Shown: positions 53,342-64,000 of the stretch, piece by piece | How positions within the stretch are numbered: the first letter of the stretch is position 1 | Layout of the letters: every line of letters starts with the position of its first letter | Assembly (NCBI GenBank): GCA_963733195.1 | Contig: CAVTCR010000026.1 | Coordinates: forward strand, 1-64,000 | Source: an uncultured delta proteobacterium | GTDB lineage: Bacteria; Desulfobacterota; Binatia; Bin18 | Direction of reading: 5' to 3' | DNA length: 64,000 bases | Translations under genes and position numbers: made by a program | Notes under the pieces: generated by a model | What the model was told of the DNA's origin: nothing | The model's input: the letters and a program-made list of their open reading frames with translations, nothing else | Database searches by the model: none

Positions 53342-53512
53342 TGTTACCCTGAGTCCCCTTCGACAGGCTCCTCTCCCAGGACAGGCTTCGATAAACTCAG
53401 GATAAATTCCACGAAGAGTCTCTCAGAAAGACCTGTCCTGAGCCCTTCGTCAAGCTCAGGATAAACTCCGCGAAGCGAAGTCGAAGGATTCTTCGCTTCG
53501 CTCAGAATGACA
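53342..53512. repeat. Nested composite palindromic element
   Basis: Outer TGTTACCCTGAG...CTCAGAATGACA with several internal TTCGA(C/T)A(G/A).CTCAGGA(C/T)A and CTGAG..GTCGAAG units. Confidence 0.85.
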
Positions 53513-53568
53513 ACAATAAGTAGTCCCGTAAGAAAGTGTACGAATCTCGTTTGGGCCGATTTAGCGCG

Positions 53569-54057
53569 TCAATTGATGATGTACACCTTCCGCGAACGTA
53601 CGCCGAAACTTGTACACGCCTGAACCGAAGGTAAGAACAAGTCGAGTTTTTTCCCTTTGATCAGCCGCCCTGTGTCTTCAGCAATACGAACGCCAATTCC
53701 TTCAATCTCAAGTTTTGTCCCGAGCGGAATTACTCGTGGGTCAACTGCGACAGTGCGCTGATGGTGCGGCCGTGTTCCACTTGCGGTACGACCAGAGGAT
53801 TTAGCATATCGCGTATACGCGGTCATTTTGAAATAACCAAGGTGGCGGTGCGAGGTCGGTCTGCTCACAGCCGTGGGTTCCGGGGTGGCGGGGTAGCTTT
53901 TTGCCACGGAGGATTTTGCCAAGAGCGCCTTGTCCTCTTCGTGCTGCTTTTCTTGGGTGCTCTTTGCGTCCTCAGGTCTAACAGCGAGACTTCCCGGGAC
54001 TATCGTGCTCACGAGTGCACCGCTCACAAGACACGCTTTCACACATTTCGTGATCAT
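53569..54057 (-). CDS. Secreted 3D-domain (lytic transglycosylase-like) protein
   Basis: TAY, TASG, VAVDPRVIPLG, AEDTG, LDLF; signal peptide. Confidence 0.9.
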   Translation of the reverse strand: MITKCVKACLVSGALVSTIVPGSLAVRPEDAKSTQEKQHEEDKALLAKSSVAKSYPATPEPTAVSRPTSHRHLGYFKMTAYTRYAKSSGRTASGTRPHHQRTVAVDPRVIPLGTKLEIEGIGVRIAEDTGRLIKGKKLDLFLPSVQACTSFGVRSRKVYIIN

Positions 54058-54152
54058 GTTTTTCCTCCCGTGCAACCGGCTGTTGCTGTGAAAGTTGTGA
54101 TCTCCTAGCGTGAGTAGCGCAACATGTCAAGGAAAAAAAGCGTCTGTTTGTG

Positions 54153-54169
54153 AGCAAGGGATGTGCCAA
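54153..54169 (-). promoter_or_regulatory. Sigma-54 promoter for the 3D-domain gene
   Basis: Minus strand TTGGCAC-ATCCC-TTGCT matches the -24/-12 consensus. Confidence 0.7.
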
Positions 54170-54363
54170 AATCGTACGGCAGATTAGTCACCAGAAGTGA
54201 GATTTTACCGGAGTTTCAAGAAAGACAAATGAAAACGGCGATGTACGAAAATTTACTAATTTGATAAGTATCTTTCGTGGCGTCGCATTTCTACCTTTAG
54301 ATAGATATCAGTTTTTTCGCAGGCCTCTTTTCTGTCGAAAAAAAGAGACATTACTGGTTGCGG

Positions 54364-56103
54364 TCACGACACCCCAAACCCGCGTACATTTCCGCAATCG
54401 ACGTTAATTAACGCTTGGCGCTTTTCTTCGCGCACGACTTTGAGTGCGCGCTTCAGTGCGGCAGGGAGTTCGTGTGGTGTGTGGACAACTTCGCCGTGTC
54501 CACCACAAGCCTGTGCAAACATTTCATAGGCGGGTTGGACGCCAAAACGCCCGAAGGGAAAATTTTCTGTACGTACCGCCCACCCTTGTGGATGCACGCC
54601 GCGGGTTGCCATCTGCGTAGCATTCCAGCCGCCGTTGTTACAGATGATGATTAAGATCGGGAGATTGTGCATAGCTGACACCATGTGACACGCGCTAGGA
54701 ACGCTAAAAATATAGGTGCCATCGCCGACAACGGAAATCACTGTTTTGTCTGGTGCGCCGAGTTTCACTCCCAGTGCACCACCAACGCCCCAACCAAGCC
54801 CGCCTGCAGGTGAGAAGCCAAGATACGATCCCGGTGTGTTGAACTCAATGTGACGTAGACTCAAATCATATTCGTTGACGAAGATCATACTGTCGTCTTT
54901 GAGCTGATTGAGACAGTGCGAGACCCATTCAAAGGTTAATATCTGCGCGCGGCCTTTCTCTTCTGCCTCGTGTTTCCAGGCCGTACGCTGCATATCGTGC
55001 TCTTTCTTCAATCGCTCGAACCGTTGGGCGATTTTTCCTTCGTGTCCGGGGCGAAGTTTCTGCAGAGCCGTCGTCAGCTGAGACACCGCCACCGCGGAAT
55101 CTCCGGTAATGGCGAGAGTGGTTGGGAATCCCCACACTGGATAGCGGCTGTGAAGTGGATCGACACCAATATGGATGACACGGGCGTCGGGGTTCACTTT
55201 GTGAACTGCTGGTGCCCAGGGAACGTCACAATCAATGACAACAATGACATCGGCTTTCGGAAGTAGGGTACCGGGTTCAAACCCTAAATGGAGTGGATGT
55301 CCAGCAGGAAAGTTCACGTGTGCAGCAAACGGATACTCGACCACAGGTAAGGCGAATGATTCGGCCAGCGTTACTAAGACTGGAACTGCTGCCACGTTAC
55401 GACCATAGGTCCGCGTAATAATCAGCGGATACTTTGCCTCTGCAAGTAGCGCGGCTGCTTCAGCGAGGCGATCAGGATCTGGAAAAGGGGTAGTGGTCGG
55501 CATAAATGCCGGGCCATCCTCATAGGTGAACTCAGAGTGAGGTTTGGCGAGTACTTCACGCGGGAATGTGAGATAGACTGGCCCTCGTGGTTCGCTCATT
55601 GCGATCGAAAACGCCCGGCGGATGACTGTCTCCAGTTGATCGAACGAGCGGAGTTCGTAGTCCCATTTGACGTATTCACGTACCATCGCCGCTTGATCGA
55701 ACGACTCCTGGGCCCAATGGATCAGGAGATCACGACTCCCAGGATTGCCTGCTTCGGTTATCGGGGTGCGACCGGCAGTCAACACAAGAGGAATGTTCGC
55801 GCGTGCGGCATTGATCAGTCCGCAGATCGCATTAGCCGTACCGACTGTGGTATGGACCATGGCCAGCGGCGGTTCGCCTGTCACTAAATGATAGCCATGC
55901 GCCATACTGATGGCGCAGAACTCGTGTGGCACTTGTATAGGGTAGGGAGTGGTTTTGCCTTCAGTGGCAAACTTGGCAAAGCCATCGATCAGCGAGGCGA
56001 AATCTGTCCCGGCATTCCCAAAGAAATACTTCACGCCCATTGCACGTAACAGTTCGAGATATGCTTGAGCGGTGTTTTCAACGGCAACAGTTTTTTGCGG
56101 CAT
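54364..56103 (-). CDS. Thiamine-pyrophosphate-requiring enzyme (acetolactate synthase/decarboxylase-like)
   Basis: FGNAGTDF, VPHE, GDGTY...NNGGW TPP-binding motif. Confidence 0.92.
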   Translation of the reverse strand: MPQKTVAVENTAQAYLELLRAMGVKYFFGNAGTDFASLIDGFAKFATEGKTTPYPIQVPHEFCAISMAHGYHLVTGEPPLAMVHTTVGTANAICGLINAARANIPLVLTAGRTPITEAGNPGSRDLLIHWAQESFDQAAMVREYVKWDYELRSFDQLETVIRRAFSIAMSEPRGPVYLTFPREVLAKPHSEFTYEDGPAFMPTTTPFPDPDRLAEAAALLAEAKYPLIITRTYGRNVAAVPVLVTLAESFALPVVEYPFAAHVNFPAGHPLHLGFEPGTLLPKADVIVVIDCDVPWAPAVHKVNPDARVIHIGVDPLHSRYPVWGFPTTLAITGDSAVAVSQLTTALQKLRPGHEGKIAQRFERLKKEHDMQRTAWKHEAEEKGRAQILTFEWVSHCLNQLKDDSMIFVNEYDLSLRHIEFNTPGSYLGFSPAGGLGWGVGGALGVKLGAPDKTVISVVGDGTYIFSVPSACHMVSAMHNLPILIIICNNGGWNATQMATRGVHPQGWAVRTENFPFGRFGVQPAYEMFAQACGGHGEVVHTPHELPAALKRALKVVREEKRQALINVDCGNVRGFGVS

Positions 56104-56181
56104 AGGTGGAGTCCTGAAGGTGGGATCATCGGGTCAGGAAGAGCAAAGGATACCGACCCCTATTCCCTAATACTCTGGTCC

Positions 56182-57279
56182 TTAGTAGATGATAACGCTT
56201 CTCGCCACTTCGCCTTTTTCCATCCATTCGAAGGCGTCATTCACCTGTTCCAGCTTGATTCGTCGTGAGACCAATTCGTCGAGTTTGAGACGCTTATTCA
56301 TGTAGAGTTCGAGCAACCGAGGCATATCGACACTCGGACGGGCGGAGCCGTAGATCGAGCCTTTGAGGGTTTTTTCTTGCAGCAGGGAAAGGGCAGGTAT
56401 CATGACCATGTCGTCAGGCTTAGCGACGCCAACGACAACAGCCGTCCCACCTGGGCAGATCGAGTGATAGGCTTGCACGACGGTGTCTGCCCGGCCAATA
56501 ACCTCAAAAGCGTACTCCGCGCCTAATCCGTTGGTGAGGCCGAAAACTTGAGTGATCGGGTCGCCATCCGCAGGATTCACTGTGTGTGTGGCACCAAATT
56601 GTTTGGCGAGTGCTAGTTTCTTAGGATTGAGATCTACCGCGATGATCTTGTCTGCTCCCGCGAGTACTGCGCCTTGAACAACATTGAGCCCAACGCCACC
56701 ACAGCCGATCACCACCACACTTGAACCTGGTTCAACCTTAGCAGTGTTGATGACCGCGCCCACGCCTGTCATGACGCCACAACCGACCAGGGCAGCAGCT
56801 TCAAATGGAACATCCGAACGAATCGGTACGACGCCAGCCTCAGGAACAACGGCATATTCACCGAACGACCCCACACCAGTAAAGACGCGGATTTCCGTAT
56901 CGCCTTTATGCAGGCGACTAGTGCCATCGGGCAGATAGCCTTGCAGGATCGCCATGCTTCCGGTTTGGCAGAGTTGTGGACGACCAGTGACACAGTAGCC
57001 ACACTTTCCGCACGACGGACGCCAGGAGAGAATTACATGGTCGCCAGGTTGTACACTGGTCACATCAGCGCCGACTTCCTGGACGATCCCGGCACCTTCA
57101 TGCCCAAGCACCGCAGGTGGAGGAGGAAAGGGCAGGGTGCCGTTCATTACCGACAGATCACTATGACACACGCCACTGGCGGCAACTTTGACCAGCACCT
57201 CTCCGCGTTTGGGTTTGTCGATATCGATCTCTTCGATCTTCAGGGGAGCGTTGTGCTCGTAAAACACCGCAGCTTTCAT
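56182..57279 (-). CDS. Zn-dependent alcohol dehydrogenase (class III-like)
   Basis: GVCHSD, GHEGAG, CGKCGYC..C, GCGGVG. Confidence 0.95.
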   Translation of the reverse strand: MKAAVFYEHNAPLKIEEIDIDKPKRGEVLVKVAASGVCHSDLSVMNGTLPFPPPPAVLGHEGAGIVQEVGADVTSVQPGDHVILSWRPSCGKCGYCVTGRPQLCQTGSMAILQGYLPDGTSRLHKGDTEIRVFTGVGSFGEYAVVPEAGVVPIRSDVPFEAAALVGCGVMTGVGAVINTAKVEPGSSVVVIGCGGVGLNVVQGAVLAGADKIIAVDLNPKKLALAKQFGATHTVNPADGDPITQVFGLTNGLGAEYAFEVIGRADTVVQAYHSICPGGTAVVVGVAKPDDMVMIPALSLLQEKTLKGSIYGSARPSVDMPRLLELYMNKRLKLDELVSRRIKLEQVNDAFEWMEKGEVARSVIIY

Positions 57280-57413
57280 GGTGCATCCCTCCTGTGCGAC
57301 TCTCGTTGTGCCCCACTATGGCACACGGGATATAACGAGAACAGCACAGGCGATGGTAATGTTGATGTGTCCCAGGTAGAACAGGCTTCCAGCCTGTAAT
57401 GAGGAGGAAAACT

Positions 57414-57959
57414 ATGCCCAAATTGACCAAAGCTGAAATGAGCGAATTTTTACAGGAACGCGGACACCTCGCCCGTATTGCGACGATCAACGCCGACGGC
57501 GCCCCAAGTGTGGTACCGGTGTGGTTTATCTGTGAGGACGGCAAGATCTTGATTACACCGCGTAAGTACTCGGCCTTTTACGCAAACGTCCAGCGCGACC
57601 CGCGTGTGGCGATTACCGTTGATGAAGAAGCTGGGCGCTATCGTAAAGTGTTGGTCGAAGGGAAAGCGGAGATTCTCTACACGCCGGGTCAGGATGACAT
57701 CTGGCGTGATACCTACCGTCGCATCTCGCGTCGTTACATCGATGATCAGTCAGCGGACTATTACATTACCGAAACGATCGACCAGCCTCGTGCACTGATA
57801 GGGGTAGAACTCACCAAAGCAAAAGTCACAACCTGGCGGATGCCGAAAGAAGGCGAAGCCTACACTGGCATTTGGCATAAGCGGTACTATGAGGAAGGCT
57901 CGAAGATGGGAGAAACAGGCGGAGGACGGGTGGTGCCGCGGCAAGCGGAAGTCAGTTGA
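57414..57959 (+). CDS. Pyridoxamine 5'-phosphate oxidase-family protein
   Basis: RIATINADGAPSVVPVWF, NVQRDPRV. Confidence 0.88.
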   Translation: MPKLTKAEMSEFLQERGHLARIATINADGAPSVVPVWFICEDGKILITPRKYSAFYANVQRDPRVAITVDEEAGRYRKVLVEGKAEILYTPGQDDIWRDTYRRISRRYIDDQSADYYITETIDQPRALIGVELTKAKVTTWRMPKEGEAYTGIWHKRYYEEGSKMGETGGGRVVPRQAEVS

Positions 57960-58008
57960 AGATTGGTTAGGCGGAGGGTTTAGTATTCGGGGGAAGACAC
58001 CTCAATAG

Positions 58009-58124
58009 TATCACCCTGAACCCTTTGCTTCCGCTCATCCTGAGCGTACGGGCGAAGTCGAAGGACGCTCAGGATAAACTGCGAAGGGTCTCCCTGAGAG
58101 ATTTTCGCTCCGCTCAGAATGACA
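58009..58124. repeat. Nested composite palindromic element (same family as 53342 and 35357)
   Basis: TCACCCTGAA...CTCAGGATAAACTGCGAAGGGTCTC...GAGATTTTCGCTCCGCTCAGAATGACA with an inner CCTGAGC..GAAGTCGAAGG. Confidence 0.85.
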
Positions 58125-58146
58125 AGCCTGAGATGTTAGTGTGAGC

Positions 58147-59349
58147 TTACGCCGCGCACGACGCTGCTAGACTCGATAGCGCCACCTGACGACGTCCTTC
58201 ACGGACATCGTTGCGGTCAAAACCGTTAGTGAGATAGCTAAACGAGATTCCTGTTGCCGGATCGGCCCATGCGGTCTGGCCGCCGAAGCCAGGATGTCCA
58301 AACGACTCTGGCTGAATTGGTACGACCAAAGCCGCGTTTATTCGCATTGCCGTCGCCGCCGGCAATGGCAATGCCGAGCCCGCGATTAGCGAGCATACCG
58401 AGATACGGATCTTTGAGTTCGCCGGTACGAACGCGACGGGCTTCGCGTAACATCTCTGGCTGCCAAATCTGTTTGCCATCGTACGATCGTCCGTCGTTTA
58501 ACAGTGCTTGATAGAATAGTGCAATGTCACCGGCAGTAGTGATCCCGCCTGCCGACGGTGACCCTGCCATTCTCGTCGCGAGTTCATTGAGTTCAAGTAC
58601 GCCTTCTTCGCTAATCGCCGATACGCCACCACGCGGTGGTTTCATGCCCATTTTTGCATACTCTTCAGCAGTCATCGGCTGCCCAACCCAGCGCAGTTCA
58701 GCAACGCGCTTGTTCAGCTCCTCGGTGATCTTTACTCGCAAGATCGGGAATTCCAAGAGGTTCGGCGATACGGGTACGGACGAAATCGTGATACGCCTGT
58801 CCACTAGTACGTTCGACGATGTCGGCAATCGGCCAGAAGTTGGCAGAAATGTGATAGACAAATTTCTCGCCTGGTTTATGGTCGGTTTTCCACTGCGCGT
58901 ACCGTTCCGTGCGCCGTTTTTTATCAGCCCAATCTTTCTGCCAGTGCGGTGCATACGGAATGGCTGACGTATGAATGAGACATTGCTCGACGGTGATCGC
59001 GTCTTTGCCGTTGGTGCCGAACTCAGGCACGAATTTCACGATCGTGGTCGCCTATCTGCAGTTTCCCTTCCTGCATCAACATCCACGCCGAGGCTGCAGT
59101 GAACGCTTTGGTGGCAGACATGATGACGAAGAACGTCTCATTGGTGGCCGGTTTTTCAACGCCATCTTGGACAGCGCGACCAAAGGTCTGCATCGCTCCG
59201 ATCTTGCCATTACGGGCGATAGCAACCTGACAGGCAGGCAGAATGCCTTCTTTCACTTCACGTTCTGCACGTTCAAAGAGTGCTTGTACTTTCTGTGAAT
59301 CAAGCCCGACTTCCTCTGGGCTCTTAGCGAAAAAATGTGATGCTGGCAT
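58147..59349 (-). CDS. Serine hydrolase, beta-lactamase family; frameshifted
   Basis: SATK, YH, FGHPG, WADP motifs across the split ORFs. Confidence 0.85.
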
Positions 59350-59465
59350 GTGACTCTCCCTCCTTATGCTTATTGTTCTAAAGGTAGCTCTACCAATAGT
59401 TCGGACAAAAATCAGACGGCGATAACGCCATAAGTCCTCGCTATTCATCCCGTCATCAGTTAATT

Positions 59466-60508
59466 CTAAGGCACTAGGACCCCCCGGCCAGGCAGACGGC
59501 CCGCAATGAGATCGTGCATCGCTTCATTCACCTGGTTAAGCCGGTACTCACGAGTAGTGAGTTTTACTTGTCCTTGGGCCGCCAAGGATCATTAGCGCGG
59601 ACAGCTCGGAATAATTGCCGACCAGCGTGCCGACTACGCTGAACTCACTAAAAATCATGTCGATCGCCGGGACCTGCACGACTCCCGCCATAGCCAACGA
59701 CATAGTAAGTCCCGCCGCGCCGTAACATTGCCATGCCCTGGTCAGGCGTGCCCTTCTCGCCGACAAAATCGATCACCGCATCGGCTCCACCGTCAGTCAG
59801 GCGGCGAAGGTCATCCACTGCACCACGCCCGCCTAGCATGCGGTGTTGAAAGCCCATCTCTGCGGCGAACTGTAAGGCCGGTTCGGAAGTATCCACAATG
59901 ATAATCGTTCCGGCACACAGGCTGCGCAGCACCTGGGCGGCAATGTGGCCCAGCCCACCAAAGCCGATAATGGCAGCGGTCATGCCTGGCTTTAAGATTT
60001 CTGAGGCTTTGCGTGCTGCCCGGTAAGCAGTGAGACCAGCATCAGCATACGGTGCCACGGTTTTGGGCTCAAGATTGGCGGGCAGTTTAATCAACGAGCG
60101 CTCTTTGGTGTGCAGGAACTGGGCAAAGCCGCCATTATGGCTGATGCCTGGAAACCAACTATTCTGGCAGTGCATATCCTCACCACGCCGACAGGCCGGG
60201 CAGGTACCATCGGTGACCAAAGGATGGACAATCACCGGGTCGCCGGGTTTGACTGTCTTCACGTTCGTTCCTACCTCGTGGATCCAGCCAGCGTTCTCGT
60301 GGCCGAGAATATAGGGGAGGGGACGGTCTACTTTTGCGCGCCAGATGCCTTCGACAATATGCAAGTCCGTCCGACACAGTCCAGCTCCGCCAACACGAAC
60401 GATGACATCGTCAGGCTCGTGAATCTGTGGATTGGGAAGCTCTTCAAGTTGAAGAAGCTGTTCTCGTTTCAGCGTTTCATCGAATGCATGAAGTCGAGCT
60501 GCTTGCAT
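59466..60508 (-). CDS. NAD(P)-dependent Zn alcohol dehydrogenase; C-terminal frameshifts
   Basis: GLCRTD, GHENAG, ADAGLTAY, GFGGLG; C-terminus GRGVLVP*. Confidence 0.9.
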
Positions 60509-60726
60509 GGCTTCTCCTTATATCTGCCGTATTCTTTTGTTGTCCTTGCGCGCCTCATACACTACAGGCCGGGCGTTCGTCAACGCAAAAGCACGGCTTC
60601 GATGCAACTCGTCACGGCAAAAACGTTGACAATACAGAAGCGTAATGCCAAGGTAAGCGCCGAAGTTTAGTCCAGAACGTGTAGCCCTGCTCGTGGCGAT
60701 ACGTAGAATGAGGAGGGGACCGGTTC

Positions 60727-61262
60727 ATGAAGAAAAATATCAATCGTCGTCAGTTCTTGCAGACGAGTGGTCTTGCTATTGCTGGCGCTGCTGTTGCTGG
60801 TACGACCGGGACACTACTGCTTGACCCGAGTGCAACTTGGGCAGTAGCAAAGGCAACACTCGATGACCATACGACTAAAACACTCGTTGTTATGTGTCGC
60901 CAGATCTACCCACATACAGTGATTGAGGATGCGGAGTATGCCAAGACTGTCGAAGGGTTTACGAAGAAGGCAAGTACCGATCCCAGCCTTTGCTCAGCTA
61001 TTGCGCGAGGGTGTTGCTACACTTGATGCCACTGCAAAAGGCAAATGGCTAGAGGTTAAAGATGAGGACAAGCTTCAAGTCTTAAAAAGTATTGCTGACT
61101 CGCCATTTTTCCAAACAGTGCGAGGGACATTGGTCGGATGCTGGTGGACCGTACAACCTGCCAACGGTGTGGAAGAAGTTCGGCTACGAAGGGTCTTCGT
61201 GGCAGTTGGGTGGGTATCTTGCTCGTGGCTTTGACGACATCAAGTGGTTGCCAAAGGAATAG
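60727..61262 (+). CDS. Tat-exported gluconate-2-dehydrogenase subunit-3-like protein; frameshifted
   Basis: NRRQFL twin-arginine motif, IYPH, FFQTVRG, VWKKFGYEG, GGYLARGFDD. Confidence 0.85.
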
Positions 61263-61276
61263 TGAGGGGAAGGATC

Positions 61277-62846
61277 ATGGCGAATTATGAATTAAAAGAC
61301 GATAGCGTGGTCGTCATCATCGGCTCTGGTGCGGGCGGTGGTACCCTGGCCAATGAATTGTGTCAGAAGGGAGTGAAGGTCGTTCTCCTTGAAGCTGGCA
61401 AACGCATTGAAATTAAGGATTTTGTCAATGATGAGTGGCCGATGTTCAACAAGATCGCCTGGCTCGATAAGCGGACTACTTCTGGGTCGTGGCGTGTCGC
61501 CAAGAATTTCCCCAATCTTCCAGCATGGACAGTGAAAGCTGTCGGTGGAACGACTGTACATTGGGCTGGAGCGTCGTTGCGATTTAAGGACTTTGAATTC
61601 AAAGCCCGCTCGACCTACGGTGAGATTGCTGGTGCGAACTTGCTCGATTGGCCAATCACACTTAGCTGATTTAGAGCCGTACTATGCGCGCGCTGAGGAT
61701 AAGATGGGTGTAACGGGGACCAATAGTATTCCTCGCTTGCCGGGGAACAATAATTTTAAGGTCCTTGCCGCTGGAGCGAAGAAACTCGGTTACAAGCAAG
61801 TCCACACTGGCAATATGGCGATTAACTCACAGCCGCGTGACGGACGTAGCGGATGTATGCAAATTGGCTTCTGCTTTGAAGGTTGTAAGAGCGGAGCAAA
61901 ATGGTCGACGTTGTATACGGAGATCCCCAAGGCCGAGGCGACAGGCAAACTTGACTTACGACCAGAGAGCCAGGTATTGCGTATTCTTCATAACGACAAA
62001 GGAAAAGTTTCTGGCGTTGTCTATGCCGACAAAAACGGCAAGCAGGTCGAGCAAAAAGCCCGGGTCGTCTGTGTCGCTGCGAACTCAATCGAAAGTGCGC
62101 GGCTGCTTCTCAACTCTTCCTCGAACACATTCCCAAATGGGTTGGCCAATTCTTCTGGACAGGTTGGGCGCAATTATATGCGCCATATGACTGGCAGCGT
62201 ATATGGCATGTTTCCTAACGAAGTGAATATGCACCGTGGCACGATAATGGCTGGGATTGTTGAGGACGAAGCGATCAATGATCCGAAGCGTGGTTTTGTC
62301 GGTGGCTATCATATGGAGACCATTTCACTTGGGTTGCCGTTCATGGCCGCGTTTCTTGATCCGGGAGCATGGGGACGCGACTTTACCGAGATGCTCGATC
62401 AATTTAATCACATGGCTGGCATGTGGCTGGTCGGTGAGGATATGCCGCGTGAGAGCAATCGCATCACGTTGCATGCAACTGAAAAAGACCAGTTTGGTAT
62501 GCCCATTCCTAACGTGCATTTTGATGACCACGACAACGATGTTGCAATGCGTAAGCACGCCTATAAACAAGGATCTGCAATCTACAGTGCGGTTGGCGCG
62601 ACGAAAAACTTTGAAACGCCGCCGTATCCTTCAACGCACAATTTGGGGACCAACCGCATGAGCGAGAAGTCGCGCGACGGTGTGGTGAACAAGTGGGGAC
62701 AATCCCACGATATCGCTAACTTATTTATTTCTGATGGCAGCCAATTTACGACCGGCGGGGCGTCAAATCCAACTTTGACGATTGTAACTCTTGCAATTCG
62801 GCAGGCTGAGTATATTACTGAGGCGATGAGTAAGCAGGATATCTGA
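61277..62846 (+). CDS. GMC-family oxidoreductase; frameshift near 61660
   Basis: IGSGAGGG, VGGTTVHWAG, C.QIGFC..GC, HNLGT, NPTLTI. Confidence 0.93.
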
Positions 62847-62968
62847 ACGACTAAAGCATAATACGTAATAGCGTAATCCCCACCGCTCCCTTTACGTTTT
62901 ACGTATCTCTACTAGCCGGAATAGCCCATGGTCTCATCCAGGGCCATGGGTGTAGTAGGAGCGCGGCT

Positions 62969-63322
62969 CTACGACGCCGTAAACCCTTTCACGTATTTAA
63001 TCAGCGCACGAATTTGCTCATCGTTGAGAATTCCCTCATACGAAGGCATGAGCGGTGATTTCCCGACACTGGCGCCACCTTCCTTGAGGAGTTTCGTCAG
63101 ATACGCGGTATCCTTGCCTTTGAGGACAGTGGCCAAGTTTGCTGGCTTAGGTTGTAATACTTGAGCCGTTGGTCCGTCGCCTTTGCCCTCAGGACCATGG
63201 CACATGGCGCAGGTTTGGTCGTAGAGTTGCTTCGCTTCTTGCCCATAGGCAGCCTCGGCGGCAAGATAAATAAAAAAGACACTCGCAGTGACTAAGAGCA
63301 CTGGCTTCTGATACATCTTCAT
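62969..63322 (-). CDS. Class I c-type cytochrome
   Basis: Signal peptide, CAMCH heme motif, axial Met in LMPSY. Confidence 0.93.
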   Translation of the reverse strand: MKMYQKPVLLVTASVFFIYLAAEAAYGQEAKQLYDQTCAMCHGPEGKGDGPTAQVLQPKPANLATVLKGKDTAYLTKLLKEGGASVGKSPLMPSYEGILNDEQIRALIKYVKGFTAS

Positions 63323-63619
63323 TCATGTGTTCCCTTCAAAGACAGCAAGGATAATACACAAACGCTGACAATATAAACGAGGAAATGGGAAAACTAAAAG
63401 GGGGAAAGGCGAAACGGGGCAAAGGGGAAACGGAAAATAAAAAAAGCTCTAAACTACAGGCTGTAGGGAAAAACCAAACCGTTTGATCTACCCATCTCGC
63501 CGGCGCTCTCCCCAACGGCGCCGCCCCTGACTCCGCAGTGAAATGTCTGCCGGCCGGCTGACCGCCCCGCGACCGACCTTTGCCTGACGCTTCGTGCTTT
63601 TCCAGAGACGCTGCTATCT

Positions 63620-63900
63620 CTGTGGTTGAGCGCTCCTTCACGAAAATCCCTTTTACTCGTATAGGTGTGTGAGATCGGAGTGGTTCCGATTAACGTCCAG
63701 CGTACATCCTTGGCCGAGATATTGAAGAAGGCCGTCCCGTCTCCACACCACGTACCATAAAGAGCGCACAGTTTCGTTTCACCTGATCTTCCTGCCAGGT
63801 CAGACTGGGGCCAGCGCGCCAGCAATCCTTCCAACGCGATCATTGCTTCGAGCCGTGCTTAGCCTGCGCCCACGCAAAAATGGATGCGCTCTTCATAAAC
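63620..63900 (-). pseudogene. Mosaic of a cytochrome P450 C-terminal fragment and a SnoaL/NTF2 fragment
   Basis: IHFCVGAG*ARLEAMIALEGLLARWP (P450 heme-Cys region with a TAA), followed by FFNISAKDVRWTLIGTTPISHTY. Confidence 0.55.
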
Positions 63901-64000
63901 GGCGACCATCGCCCGAGCCTCGTTCAGTGCGGAGCCGAAATCCTCTTCTAGGAACCCTTCGCGTCGGACAACGCGATGCTGCTTTCCTTGCGGCAAGTGG

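Noticed and set aside
53342-53512. Repeated units as a mini CRISPR array
   Set aside because: The units are irregular, nested and inverted, with no unique constant-length spacers and no cas genes.
602-62846. Many frameshifted genes (MetE-like, hydrolases, ECF42, ppc, kinase-Hpt, YhcG, GMC) as programmed frameshifting or mass pseudogenisation
   Set aside because: The breaks are scattered single-base indels, sometimes compensating within about 60 nt (DUF899), in otherwise undegraded genes. This is most consistent with long-read error.
63450-63610. GC-rich stretch upstream of cytochrome c as a riboswitch or ncRNA
   Set aside because: No known motif recognised. The end (TTTTTCCCTACAGCCTG on the minus strand) looks more like a decayed IS terminus.
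63855-63865. In-frame stop in the P450 fragment as recoding
   Set aside because: It is TAA at a Leu position in a truncated mosaic remnant; there is no basis for recoding.

Overview
Bacterial chromosomal window of about 55-60% GC. Its gene content (many F420-dependent LLM/PPOX enzymes, an adenylate cyclase-AAA-TPR protein, GMC and ADH enzymes) resembles Candidatus Binatota or related deltaproteobacteria-like soil lineages; that assignment is inference only. Single-base frameshifts in many otherwise intact genes (ppc, ECF sigma, GMC, hybrid kinase) suggest long-read indel errors, so most split genes are not called pseudogenes. Main signals: (1) an unannotated integron-type cassette array at 1.86-6.96 kb with four attC-like sites and no integrase in the window, preceded by a group II intron whose RT ORF is almost fully deleted; (2) a hidden selenoprotein, a peroxiredoxin-like redoxin with W-U-P-F-C and a bSECIS-like hairpin, heading an operon with a C-C hydrolase and a CarAa-like Rieske oxygenase; (3) a hybrid kinase / REC-SpoIIE-RsbW / STAS partner-switch module running directly into glycogen phosphorylase, followed by PEP carboxylase; (4) GTAG- and (C/T)GTCA-tagged palindromic repeats, some nested inside each other and some translated inside proteins; (5) several genes collapsed to fused N- and C-termini; (6) an HsdR_N-RAMA nuclease near a YhcG nuclease. 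The window also has three IS630 elements or remnants, several toxin-antitoxin modules, hflKC, der and an ECF42 operon. No rRNA, tRNA or CRISPR array was seen.
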